NCBI GenBank assembly: GCA_013003335.1
Contig: JABDJT010000571.1
Location: forward strand, 1-39,671
Reading direction: 5' to 3'
Source of the DNA: Verrucomicrobiales bacterium
GTDB lineage: Bacteria > Verrucomicrobiota > Verrucomicrobiia > Verrucomicrobiales > DEV007
DNA length: 39,671 bases
This document shows positions 1-8,787 of the stretch, piece after piece. Under the pieces are notes generated by a model. That model was not told the origin of the DNA. It made no database searches and was given only the letters and a program-made list of their open reading frames with translations. The translations under genes were made by a program, and so were the position numbers. The stretch's first letter is position 1. Each line of letters opens with the position of its first letter.

Positions 1-3000
1 GCGAGTATGACGTCTCGCTCGATTTTGCAGTGGCGGTCACGCCTGAGGCGGAATGGAAATCGTTCAATTTCACCGTCGCCTCCGGTGCAGTCGCGCCGAT
101 GACACTGGGCGGGATCGAGGAGGACGCGGAATTCCGCCACGGGACCTCGGTGGTTCCGCAGTTCAGCGGTGGTGAATGGAAAGGCTTCGTTCCGGCGACC
201 GGACATGCCACAGTTTCATGGAAGAGCGCGCGCAAAGTCGGGGAAGGAAAACTGTTTTTCAGCACAACGGCGAAGATCGAAACAACCGTCGGGGCCGGCT
301 TGATGCGGCAGAATCACCAGATCGATTACAAGGTGCTGCAAGGTGAACTGGAGGAATTAACGATCGATCTGGCAGGTCCGGGCGAGGTTTTGGAAGTCAC
401 CGGGAAACACATTGTCGGCTGGGAAATCGCGGGGGAGGGCGACGAGCGGACACTGACGGTGAAATTGAGCCAGGCAATTACCGAAGCCGGGCAAGTGCTA
501 GTGCGAACACAAACCCCACTCGATGCGTTTCCCGTTCGCGTGCAGGGACTGCGGCTGACACCGTCCGGAGCGGTGCGGCATTCCGGATACATCCGGCTTT
601 CCAACCAGGGCAGTGTACGGCTGGAACCGGCCGGCTTGGAGGGGTTGACCCAACTGGCTCCCGATCAATTCCCCGGCGAACCCATCAGTGCCCGACAGGT
701 TTTCGTCTACCGGTTTCCATCCGCGGAATACGATTTCGAAGTCGCAGCGGACCGCATTCAACCGGAGGTGAATGTCTTTGAACTGACGACCTACCACCTC
801 ACCGAGACCGACCGGATGATCAGTGCTCGAATCGAGATCGATGTGCGCGAGGCGCCGATTCGGGAGTGGGAACTTCGTTTTCCGGAAGATTATTCGGTCG
901 TTTCCGTGACCGGCGGCATTGTGGCGGATTACGTGGTCGGCACGGAATCGCAGGACGGCACAACATTGCTGAAAGTGATTTTCACGCAGGACGTCACGGG
1001 TCGGCAATTGATCAATTTGCAGTTTGAGAAAAACGAAACGGCTGTGGCCGGCGACTGGGAACTTCCGCCGTTGGAATACCCGGACGCGAAATCCGTGCGG
1101 GGTGACATTGGCGTGGTCGGCGCCCCCGGATTCCGGGTCGGCGTGAGTGCGACTGATTTGCTGGTCGAAAAACCGCTGGCAACATTTCCAAACCCGGTGC
1201 CGAATTTGCAGCAGGCGTTCCGGATTCGCGAGCCAGGTTGGTCGGCGACCATGGCCGTTGAGTTGCTCGAAAAAAGTATCCAAGCCGATGCGTTTCACCT
1301 CTACTCCCTGAGCGAGGGCACCGCCTACGGCAGCGTGCTGCTCAATTATTTTGTGACCGGCGCCCCGGTCTCGGAATGGCAATTCACTGTTCCGGACGAA
1401 ATCGAAAACGTAAACGTGATCGGGATGAACGTCGCCCCGTTTCGCCGTGCGGACGGGACGCTAACCGTTCCGCTCCACCAGCCGGTAATCGGGCCATACA
1501 CGCTGTTGATCACGTTCGAGGAAAAAGTCGCAACCCCGGAAGGTGCGCTGACGGTCGGGCGGGTGACTCCGCTCGATGTGCAGGGCGAACGTGGATTCCT
1601 GCAGGTCGTCAGTCCGCAACAGGTCCAGGCAGAGGCGACCGATGTTTCGGAGGGTTTGCTTCAACTCGATGCGCTGGAACTTCCTGCGGAATTTCGCCTG
1701 CTCAGCTCCGCGCCGAGTCTTGGCACATGGCAATACACCGAGCGGCCCTTTTTGCTGAATATGGACGTGAGCTGGTTTGAACCGGGCACGACGGTCGCAC
1801 AGGTTGTCGAATATTCTCAGGCGCTGAGCCGGGTTTCACCGGACGGCGAATTGGTCACCGAATTGCTCTACTACGTGAAATCGCGCAACCAGCGCGCCCT
1901 CAAACTCGAACTGCCGGAGGATGCACGGCTCTGGTCGGTTTCTGTCGGCGGGCAATCAGCCACGGCCCGTCAAACCGCCGACGCAACGTTGATTCCCCTG
2001 CCCGGCGGGATTGACCCGAACATTCCGGTGCGCGTGCATTTGCGGCTTGGACGGCCTGCAGTGGACGGGACAAATCCGGATTTGAAATTGCCGGTTGTGG
2101 CAGCCCCGATTTTGAAAACCGATTGGAAAATCGGGTCCGATTCCAAGCATCTTCTCGTGCCGACCGGGGGAACGGTCAGCCCCCCGCAGCCGGTGTTGCG
2201 ACCGACCGGATTTTCGTGGGTGGCAAACTTTGGACTCGATTCCCTCGCAGTCATCGCCGTGCTCGTACTGATCGGGACCTGGATGAGTGCCCGGCAAAAC
2301 GCCTGGCTCCGACTCATTGGTATCGTTGTGTTGATTGCCGCCACGATCATTTCCTTCAACACGGTGAATCACGCGAATCGCTATCTCGGTCCGCCATCGC
2401 CGCTGGAAGTCAGCATTCCCGCCCTCGCATCGGGGGAATCGGTCGAGTTAGGCGTAAAAACCGTGCCGGTCTGGCAGGCTAACTTGAGCTGGTTCGGAAT
2501 CGCGATCCTGGTGGCTGGCATTGCCCTGACTGCCCTTGGAATTTTTGGGAAAGGTGGGCGAAACTGGAAGTACGTCACTGTCGGTGGCGCTCTGGCTGCC
2601 CTTGGTATTTTGATTCAGCGCGACAGCGCGAATTGGTTTTTTGCCGTGCTCGGTGTCATCATTATCCTGTTGCTACTGCTCCCGGCTGTGTGGCGGGGAT
2701 TGAAAGACTTGAATAACGGTTGGGATGAAATGGCCAAAAGACGGGCCTCGAGGAAGAAAGCAGCGGAAGCAGCGGCGGCGGCTTCTGCGGGGACAGGTGA
2801 AAATCCGAAACCCGGTCCCGGCGGAACAGCAACGGCTTCGATCCTGATCGGTGGCCTCCTTGCCTTCTGTACCACGGGTGCCCCGGTTCATGCGCAAGGC
2901 ATCATCCCCGAGGGATTTTCCGCGGCCGATGCCATCGAGCAGAACTGGGAAATCTCAGATGAATCCAAACTGCTGACCGCCAAAGGAACCCTGAAAATTT

Positions 3001-6000
3001 CAGGGGTGCCGGGCGAGCGATTCCTTCTTCTCATCGCACCAGCAATTCTCACCGAATTCGAAGGCGAAGGCCTGCGGCTCACGAAACAGGATGTACCTGG
3101 TTGCGGTTTGTCGTACATCGTCAGTATCCCCGCGCCGGATGGCGCCGAGCCGGTGCCGGACCCCGCTAATCTTGATCCATTCGCGGAAGTCACCAACCCG
3201 CCTGCCACGTCGGAACCGGAAAAACAGGATTTCACTGCCACGTTTGAATACCAGGCCGATATGAAAAATCCAGCGGGTGGCATTGCTCTGCCGACCGGCC
3301 CGGCCGCCGTCCAAAAAATCGATGCCACTTATGACAAGGCCGGCTGGGAATTTTCTGCATCGACTGCCGTGAAGACTGAACAGGGCGTTGCTGGCGGAGC
3401 TTCCAGCTCGGCGAAAATCCTGCTCGCCCCTCATCAGCGCGCCAACATCGTGCTGAAACCACGAGCTCGTGATGTCACGATGGAAAACACGCAATTTTAC
3501 GTCGAGGCGGCCAATCTTTACCTGCCCGGACCGGGCGTGATTGACGGGAAACACCGCCTCCACATCCGACCATCGCAGGGGCAGATCAGCGAACTGTCCG
3601 TCCAGGTTCCCGACGGCCTGACCGTTTCCGAGGTCGCCGGTCCGATTGGGGCCTGGCAGTTCGATGCGGAAACGCGACTCCTCAAACTCACGGTCGAACC
3701 GGCGCAGTCAGCGGTTTTCAGTCTGGATATCAATACCCAGCGCAGCCTCGATCCGCTGCCGACCGATGCCAGTCTGGCGCCACTCATGGTCGACGGACCT
3801 GACGGACAGGTGGGCCTTGTTGCCCTCGCTTTCGGCTCCGATGCCCAGCCGGAAACCGTCGAGTCACAGACCATGTCGGTCGTGAATCTCGGCGATTTCG
3901 ATGCAAGCCTGGTGCCGAACGAACAGACCGTATTACACCGCGTGTTCCGGTATGGAACTGATGGCGGGGATCTCGATGTGCGCGTCGCACCTGTCGCGCC
4001 GGAAGTCCGTGTCACTGCAAACACCGTCATTTCCCTCGGCGACGAACGCGTCGTTCTCGGAATCAATTTCACAACCGAAATCACGCGGGCCGGGCTATTC
4101 CAACTCAGTTTCCCCCTCCCCGAAGGGCTCGAAGTCGATTCTCTTTCGGGAGACGCGCTGCATCACTGGGCCGAACTGACGGAAGATGGTCAGCGCCAGA
4201 TCATTCTTCACCTCAAGAGCAAAACCACCGGCACCCACAACTTCGCTCTCAGCCTGACAGGACAGGCCCCGGATGGGACCGAAGACTGGGAAGTCCCCCG
4301 CTTCGAAATCAACGAAGCCACGCGCCAAACCGGAGATCTTGTCATTCAGCCTGACGCCGGTCTGCAACTGGAAGCAATCTCCCGCCAAAATGCCTCCGAA
4401 GTGGATCCGAGAGCCCTCGGTGGGAACAACCGTGGCGCCCTCGCCTTTCGCTTGAATCGAAAAGATTGGACGCTCACGCTCGGTATCGAAAAACTCGATC
4501 CGTGGGTTACCGGCCAGGTCCTCCACGAAGTTACCCTGCGGGAAGGCCAGACCCGCACGGCGATTATCGGAAACTTCCGAGTCCAGAACGCTTCCATCCG
4601 GTCCCTGCAAGTTCAGCTTCCCGTTTCCGAAGAGGACGAAATCAAAACGCTTCGCGCCTCTGGAAAATCAGTCGCTGACCTTGTCCGGACAGCCGCGGAT
4701 TCGGACACCTGGGAAATCCAGTTCAAACGCCGCGTCATTGGTGACGTCCAGTTTCGAATCGAATACGAGCGCCGGGGCGAGCGAGCGGACAACATCGAAG
4801 CCCTGACTCCCGCTGTATTTCCCGGCGTCCGACCGACTTATCACTTCGGCGTCCGCGCCGGTGGCCGGTTGGAAATTGAAGCAGCGGAACTGCCGGCCGG
4901 CTGGCAAGCCACCGATTGGACCACGATTTCCCAGAAACTGCGCGAGGCCGGAAATCGCACGGCTCCCATGCTGACCCTGCGTGTAGTCGCGCCGGAAAAT
5001 TCGCTCAACCTCAAAGTTCAGCGGCATTCGCTCGCCGATGCGTTGAAACTCGGAGTCGACCAGGGAATCTTCGTTTCCATCCTCTCCCCGCTCGGTGACC
5101 AACTCACCGCCGTGGAACTGCGCATGAACGTTATCCAGCGCAGCAGCCTGACTGTCGGACTTCCCCCCGGTGGTGACTTGTTCAGCATTTTTGTGAACGG
5201 CGAAAGTGTCCGCACCGTCCGGCAGGGCGACGACTGGCAATTCAACATTCTCCCGGGCGCCGACGACCGCACCGCCAACGTGCAGTTCGTCTATTCCGTC
5301 CCGGGGAGCCGGTTGAAAAGCATGGACATCGTCAGTCCGCAATTGAACGTCCCACTGGAGAACATTCGCTGGCAGGTTGTGGCCCCACGTGGTTACGAAC
5401 TCACCAGCGAAGACGGAAATCTGCAGCTCATCAAACACGACATCCGGCCACTCAGCCCGTTCGGCCACGACCAGTACGTAAACGAAGTTCAGGGCCGGCG
5501 CGCCGCGAAAGAAAAACAGGCCAGCCAATTGCTCGACTACGCAAACCAGCTTCTCCAGGCGGGCGAACAGGGCAAAGCCCGCTGGGCGCTCAATTCCGTC
5601 GCCAACCAGTACGCGCTTGATGCTGCGTCAAACGAAGACGCCCGCGTCCAGCTAGAGAATCTGCAAACCCAGCAGGCCATGGTCGGGGTGAACACCCGGC
5701 GACAGCGGCTCTACCTCGATCACAGCAGCGTCGGCGAAGGAGCCGTCCCGCAAAATGATCAACTGAAACAAGGCGCCGCCGCCAATCCGGTTTTGCAGGA
5801 AGGTGAATTGAATTTCAGGCCCCAGGAACTCAGTCAGCTCCTGCAGGGCAACACCAGCGATGACAACGCCGTCCTGCAGAAAATCGCGGCCCAGCTGGTT
5901 CGCCACCAGCGCAGCACCGAGCCAGCGCCGCAGGCGATCAACCTCACCCTGCCGCGCGAGGGAACCGTTTACAATTTCGTCCGGCCCGTTCAGGTCGCTG

Positions 6001-6140
6001 AAAATGCGCCGCTTCAGCTCGAATTGAAATTTTCCAGGGAAAGCCGCGTGGAATGGTGGCGCGCCGTTCTCGGAATGCTGCTCCTCGCCCTTCTCATCGG
6101 CGGAACCTGGTTTCTCCGCAGCCGGAAGGCGACGCCGTAA
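1..6140 (+). CDS. Giant membrane protein, 5'-partial (>=2036 aa): two paralogous beta-rich halves, a central TM-helix cluster, a C-terminal coiled-coil-like region and a TM anchor; function unknown
   Basis: Single uninterrupted ORF (codon phase: nt 3,6,9...). There is no in-frame stop between nt 3 and the GTG at 30, so the true N-terminus probably lies upstream of the window. Hydrophobic helices at aa ~735-890 (FSWVANFGLDSLAVIAVLVLIGTW, LRLIGIVVLIAATIISF, WFGIAILVAGIALTALGIF, VTVGGALAALGILI, WFFAVLGVIIILLLLLPAVW). A further hydrophobic segment is ILIGGLLAFCTTGAPV, and the terminal anchor is WWRAVLGMLLLALLIGGTWFL followed by RSRK. No catalytic motif recognised. Confidence 0.8.
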   Translation, partial: EYDVSLDFAVAVTPEAEWKSFNFTVASGAVAPMTLGGIEEDAEFRHGTSVVPQFSGGEWKGFVPATGHATVSWKSARKVGEGKLFFSTTAKIETTVGAGLMRQNHQIDYKVLQGELEELTIDLAGPGEVLEVTGKHIVGWEIAGEGDERTLTVKLSQAITEAGQVLVRTQTPLDAFPVRVQGLRLTPSGAVRHSGYIRLSNQGSVRLEPAGLEGLTQLAPDQFPGEPISARQVFVYRFPSAEYDFEVAADRIQPEVNVFELTTYHLTETDRMISARIEIDVREAPIREWELRFPEDYSVVSVTGGIVADYVVGTESQDGTTLLKVIFTQDVTGRQLINLQFEKNETAVAGDWELPPLEYPDAKSVRGDIGVVGAPGFRVGVSATDLLVEKPLATFPNPVPNLQQAFRIREPGWSATMAVELLEKSIQADAFHLYSLSEGTAYGSVLLNYFVTGAPVSEWQFTVPDEIENVNVIGMNVAPFRRADGTLTVPLHQPVIGPYTLLITFEEKVATPEGALTVGRVTPLDVQGERGFLQVVSPQQVQAEATDVSEGLLQLDALELPAEFRLLSSAPSLGTWQYTERPFLLNMDVSWFEPGTTVAQVVEYSQALSRVSPDGELVTELLYYVKSRNQRALKLELPEDARLWSVSVGGQSATARQTADATLIPLPGGIDPNIPVRVHLRLGRPAVDGTNPDLKLPVVAAPILKTDWKIGSDSKHLLVPTGGTVSPPQPVLRPTGFSWVANFGLDSLAVIAVLVLIGTWMSARQNAWLRLIGIVVLIAATIISFNTVNHANRYLGPPSPLEVSIPALASGESVELGVKTVPVWQANLSWFGIAILVAGIALTALGIFGKGGRNWKYVTVGGALAALGILIQRDSANWFFAVLGVIIILLLLLPAVWRGLKDLNNGWDEMAKRRASRKKAAEAAAAASAGTGENPKPGPGGTATASILIGGLLAFCTTGAPVHAQGIIPEGFSAADAIEQNWEISDESKLLTAKGTLKISGVPGERFLLLIAPAILTEFEGEGLRLTKQDVPGCGLSYIVSIPAPDGAEPVPDPANLDPFAEVTNPPATSEPEKQDFTATFEYQADMKNPAGGIALPTGPAAVQKIDATYDKAGWEFSASTAVKTEQGVAGGASSSAKILLAPHQRANIVLKPRARDVTMENTQFYVEAANLYLPGPGVIDGKHRLHIRPSQGQISELSVQVPDGLTVSEVAGPIGAWQFDAETRLLKLTVEPAQSAVFSLDINTQRSLDPLPTDASLAPLMVDGPDGQVGLVALAFGSDAQPETVESQTMSVVNLGDFDASLVPNEQTVLHRVFRYGTDGGDLDVRVAPVAPEVRVTANTVISLGDERVVLGINFTTEITRAGLFQLSFPLPEGLEVDSLSGDALHHWAELTEDGQRQIILHLKSKTTGTHNFALSLTGQAPDGTEDWEVPRFEINEATRQTGDLVIQPDAGLQLEAISRQNASEVDPRALGGNNRGALAFRLNRKDWTLTLGIEKLDPWVTGQVLHEVTLREGQTRTAIIGNFRVQNASIRSLQVQLPVSEEDEIKTLRASGKSVADLVRTAADSDTWEIQFKRRVIGDVQFRIEYERRGERADNIEALTPAVFPGVRPTYHFGVRAGGRLEIEAAELPAGWQATDWTTISQKLREAGNRTAPMLTLRVVAPENSLNLKVQRHSLADALKLGVDQGIFVSILSPLGDQLTAVELRMNVIQRSSLTVGLPPGGDLFSIFVNGESVRTVRQGDDWQFNILPGADDRTANVQFVYSVPGSRLKSMDIVSPQLNVPLENIRWQVVAPRGYELTSEDGNLQLIKHDIRPLSPFGHDQYVNEVQGRRAAKEKQASQLLDYANQLLQAGEQGKARWALNSVANQYALDAASNEDARVQLENLQTQQAMVGVNTRRQRLYLDHSSVGEGAVPQNDQLKQGAAANPVLQEGELNFRPQELSQLLQGNTSDDNAVLQKIAAQLVRHQRSTEPAPQAINLTLPREGTVYNFVRPVQVAENAPLQLELKFSRESRVEWWRAVLGMLLLALLIGGTWFLRSRKATP

Positions 6141-6175
6141 ATTTTGCGAAAAATCAAACCTGCGGTGTCACCGAT

Positions 6176-6210
6176 CCAACAGGGTCTGTTCGCCAAACCA
6201 ACCCTGTTGG
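6176..6210 (+). repeat. Palindromic intergenic element, copy 1 (REP-like hairpin)
   Basis: CCAACAGGGTCTGTTCGCCAAACCAACCCTGTTGG. The arms CCAACAGGGT / ACCCTGTTGG are perfectly complementary. Lies ~35 nt after the stop of the giant ORF. Confidence 0.85.
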
Positions 6211-6255
6211 TTCGTTTCGGCTCGATTTTGGACCGTGCCGGATTACGGTGAATCC

Positions 6256-6462
6256 ATGATCGAAGTTCCCGATACGATCACCTGCATCGACTGCGGACAA
6301 AAAGCCCACCGCCTGACATATCCACCTTCCGAAGAGGACGGTGGTTGGCAGCCGGGTGACATCGTGGCCTATCGCTGCCGCGGCTGCAACGACCGCTGGG
6401 ATCTCGTAGTTGAGGACCCGGCCGATTCTGCCCAGCCTCCTTCCGCATCCGATTTCAGGTAA
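6256..6462 (+). CDS. Small zinc-ribbon protein (68 aa)
   Basis: Two CxxC pairs (CIDCGQ ... CRGCND) separated by ~30 aa. The ATG at 6256 is preferred over the GTG at 6235 in the ORF track. The 3' end overlaps the convergent Nudix gene by 8 nt. Confidence 0.5.
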   Translation: MIEVPDTITCIDCGQKAHRLTYPPSEEDGGWQPGDIVAYRCRGCNDRWDLVVEDPADSAQPPSASDFR

Positions 6463-6940
6463 CCGGTTTCTGTTTCCGGCGCGTTTTCGGTTTCACGCCA
6501 AAAAAATCTTTGAAGACGCGCTTGAAAACGGCGCGCTTGAATTTCGGGACCCAGATTAATTCAAACTCCTTCGGGTCGATCCACTGCACAGTCGCAAATT
6601 CCCGGACGTGCAGATCGAGCTTGATGTCGCTCTTTTTTCCCCAGTAGTCGCAAAGAAAGTAGGTCTGCTCCTGGCCGCACCAGAGACCTTTTTTCAAATG
6701 GCCCTTCGGGAACTTGTATCGGTAGCCGGTCCGGCAGGCGACGATATCGTACAGGTTTGGCGGAACGCCGACTTCCTCTTCGACTTCACGTTGCAACGCT
6801 CCGATCAGGTCTTCGCCCTTATCCACACCGCCCTGCGGAAACTGCCAGCACCCTTTGAAATCGTTTCGCTGGCCGATGAGGATTCTCCCGTTCTTCGGCT
6901 TACGGAAAATCGCGGCTACGTTGGGTCGGTAGGAGGCCAT
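6455..6940 (-). CDS. rppH: Nudix hydrolase, RNA pyrophosphohydrolase (RppH)-like
   Basis: Nudix box GGVDKGEDLIGALQREVEEEVGV (GX5EX7REVXEEXGV). The N-terminus MASYRPNVAAI... and the motifs WQFPQGG, GQEQTYFL and FKRAVFKRV run collinear with RppH as I recall it. The ATG at 6938-6940 was chosen; the upstream 144 codons of the 305-aa ORF look non-coding. Confidence 0.8.
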   Translation of the reverse strand: MASYRPNVAAIFRKPKNGRILIGQRNDFKGCWQFPQGGVDKGEDLIGALQREVEEEVGVPPNLYDIVACRTGYRYKFPKGHLKKGLWCGQEQTYFLCDYWGKKSDIKLDLHVREFATVQWIDPKEFELIWVPKFKRAVFKRVFKDFFGVKPKTRRKQKPVT

Positions 6941-6976
6941 TTTGCGTTTCGGAAAAATCTGTGGGATGCTGTAGCG

Positions 6977-7531
6977 GTGAACCTTCCCGCACGCAACCGT
7001 CAATTTGGAAACACGAGGCTGATCGTCATTGGCGCCGTTTCCCTCGTCGCAATTCTGGCGATTTTTATTTCGGTTTACTGGTCGGATTCGCGGGTTTTGA
7101 AACGAAAACACGAAGCCTTCATCACGGCGATCGAAAAACGAAGCGCAAGCCGGCTGAAGCGGGTGCTCTCGGAGAATTACAGTGACCGCTGGGACTTCAA
7201 CCGGGAAGACGCCGTGCTCGCCATGATGGATGCAGGCAGCACGTTTCTCGTCCTGGCAGTGGACGAAACGGATCCGGTTTTTTCGATCGACGGAAAACAG
7301 GCGACGGTCGAAGTCACTCTCCGGGTCAGCGGGAAACCACTCGGCTTCGCCGGTCAGGAAGTCATTCGGCACGCCAACCGGCTGAAAGTCCCGTGGAATT
7401 TCACCTGGAAAAAGGAAGGCGGGCCGGGCAGTTGGCGATTGATCCAGATGGAAAACGGCGACATTCCCGACAACCTCTATGGATACGAACCGGGCGACAT
7501 CAAGCGGGCATTGCGCGGCGGGATCGAGTGA
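6977..7531 (+). CDS. Membrane-anchored hypothetical protein (possible NTF2/SnoaL-like fold)
   Basis: The C-terminal part of ORF 6608..7531 is protein-like. It has an N-terminal TM helix (LIVIGAVSLVAILAIFISVYW) followed by a ~150 aa soluble domain. The GTG at 6977 is the first plausible start that does not overlap the Nudix gene. Start and fold assignment are uncertain. Confidence 0.5.
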   Translation: MNLPARNRQFGNTRLIVIGAVSLVAILAIFISVYWSDSRVLKRKHEAFITAIEKRSASRLKRVLSENYSDRWDFNREDAVLAMMDAGSTFLVLAVDETDPVFSIDGKQATVEVTLRVSGKPLGFAGQEVIRHANRLKVPWNFTWKKEGGPGSWRLIQMENGDIPDNLYGYEPGDIKRALRGGIE

Positions 7532-7537
7532 CGCAAA

Positions 7538-8518
7538 TCAACCCGGATACCAGATTTTCCGCGGATCATCGTCAGCGCGCTGATAATCAAAGGAGGAATC
7601 AATCAGCCGGGCGAGATCATATTCCGGCCTCCATCCGAGCAGTTGCCGCGCTTTGCAATTATCCAGCCAGGTGGAAAAGAATTCCGTTTTCACACCGACG
7701 GAATCGAGATCGCGAGTTTCGGCGAGGTAATCGGCTACGGCCTGGTAATTCACCGGCTCGGTCATGGAGATGTTGAACAATTGCTGACGCGCGGCCGGGT
7801 GATCGATTGCCTTTAGAATCGCAGAGACCAGGTCATCAACCTGAACAAAATTCCGCGTAATCGGATTTCCATCCGCGTCCTTCATCACCGGCACCGTTCC
7901 GGCTGCAGCATATTTTTCAGCCAGCTCTGAATCGACCAGTTCACACCAGCGCGGGCCGCCAAAGACATCTTCCCCCCAGGACAGCGAGTGCCTGAAGTCA
8001 TCCTTTTCCATGATCCACGGGGCACGCAGGCAGCAGCCATTCAAATCGTATTGATGGTAATACTGCTCCAGCATCACTTCTTCCAACACCTTGGACAACG
8101 CGTAACAACCCGGATAGGCCTTGTGGGGTAATTCTTCCGTGATGGGCCGGTCGTACTCATAGAAAAAATGGCCAACACAGGCATCACCGCCCACCAGCAG
8201 AAATTGAGAAAAAGTGTCGCTCTCCCTCGCCTCCTCCAGCAACCAGAACATTCCCTTAACGGCCACATCCATCACTGCCTCCGGTGTTTCTTTACAGGTC
8301 GCAAGGTGCAGCACGTGAGTCACCCCTTCCATCGCGGAGGCAACCGAATCGCGGTCCGAAATCGAGCCTTTCACGACTTCGAGTCGATCCTGCGGTCCGA
8401 GCATCCGGTTGTGGCACAACGCCCGAACGGTGGCGTTCTGAAAATCCGGGGCGGCCAGAAATTCGCGAAGGAAAGTCTGCCCAACCTTTCCTGAAGCACC
8501 GGTGACGAGAATTTTCAT
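7538..8518 (-). CDS. NAD-dependent epimerase/dehydratase family protein (extended SDR)
   Basis: N-terminal Rossmann motif MKILVTGASGKVG and catalytic YxxxK (YALSK). Length 326 aa. Confidence 0.8.
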   Translation of the reverse strand: MKILVTGASGKVGQTFLREFLAAPDFQNATVRALCHNRMLGPQDRLEVVKGSISDRDSVASAMEGVTHVLHLATCKETPEAVMDVAVKGMFWLLEEARESDTFSQFLLVGGDACVGHFFYEYDRPITEELPHKAYPGCYALSKVLEEVMLEQYYHQYDLNGCCLRAPWIMEKDDFRHSLSWGEDVFGGPRWCELVDSELAEKYAAAGTVPVMKDADGNPITRNFVQVDDLVSAILKAIDHPAARQQLFNISMTEPVNYQAVADYLAETRDLDSVGVKTEFFSTWLDNCKARQLLGWRPEYDLARLIDSSFDYQRADDDPRKIWYPG

Positions 8519-8538
8519 ACACGAAATCTGGAATCGAA

Positions 8539-8787
8539 TCAGCCACCCTGCACCGGCGGCATCAAGGCGATTTCGCAGCCATCGCTGAGCGGAGTTTCGC
8601 GGTCCGCATATTCACAGTCGACCGAGAGGAGAAGTTTCGACTCCCACTCCCGCAGGTCGGGAAATCTCTGGAAAACCTGTTCCAGCAAATTACCCAAATC
8701 TGCCACATCCGATTGCAGATTCACCTCGATTTCAGTCTCCCCGGTTACGTCCTGCAGCAGTGAAAAAAACAACACCCGTACCGTCAT
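8539..8787 (-). CDS. moaD: MoaD/ThiS-family sulfur carrier protein (molybdopterin synthase small subunit-like)
   Basis: 82 aa with VLFF near the N-terminus, DGCEIALMPPVQGG at the C-terminus (terminal Gly-Gly), collinear with E. coli MoaD as I recall it. The start overlaps the hpt stop (ATGA). Confidence 0.8.
   Translation of the reverse strand: MTVRVLFFSLLQDVTGETEIEVNLQSDVADLGNLLEQVFQRFPDLREWESKLLLSVDCEYADRETPLSDGCEIALMPPVQGG

Noticed and set aside
326-5906. Numerous 60-294 aa ORFs on the minus strand and in other plus-strand frames inside the giant gene (for example 498..1382, 3000..3563, 4668..5528)
   Set aside because: All are nested in a long, continuous, protein-like ORF. Their translations are Arg/Gly/Pro/His-rich with no motifs, as expected for off-frame reading of GC-rich coding DNA.
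6608-6976. Upstream part of the plus-strand ORF 6608..7531
   Set aside because: It lies entirely antisense to the well-supported Nudix gene. Only the region from about 6977 onward (TM helix plus soluble domain) looks like a real protein.
6941-7372. N-terminal 144-codon extension of the Nudix ORF (ORF track 6455..7372)
   Set aside because: The extension has no protein-like character and overlaps the opposite-strand gene. An ATG at 6938-6940 gives an N-terminus (MASYRPNV) collinear with RppH.
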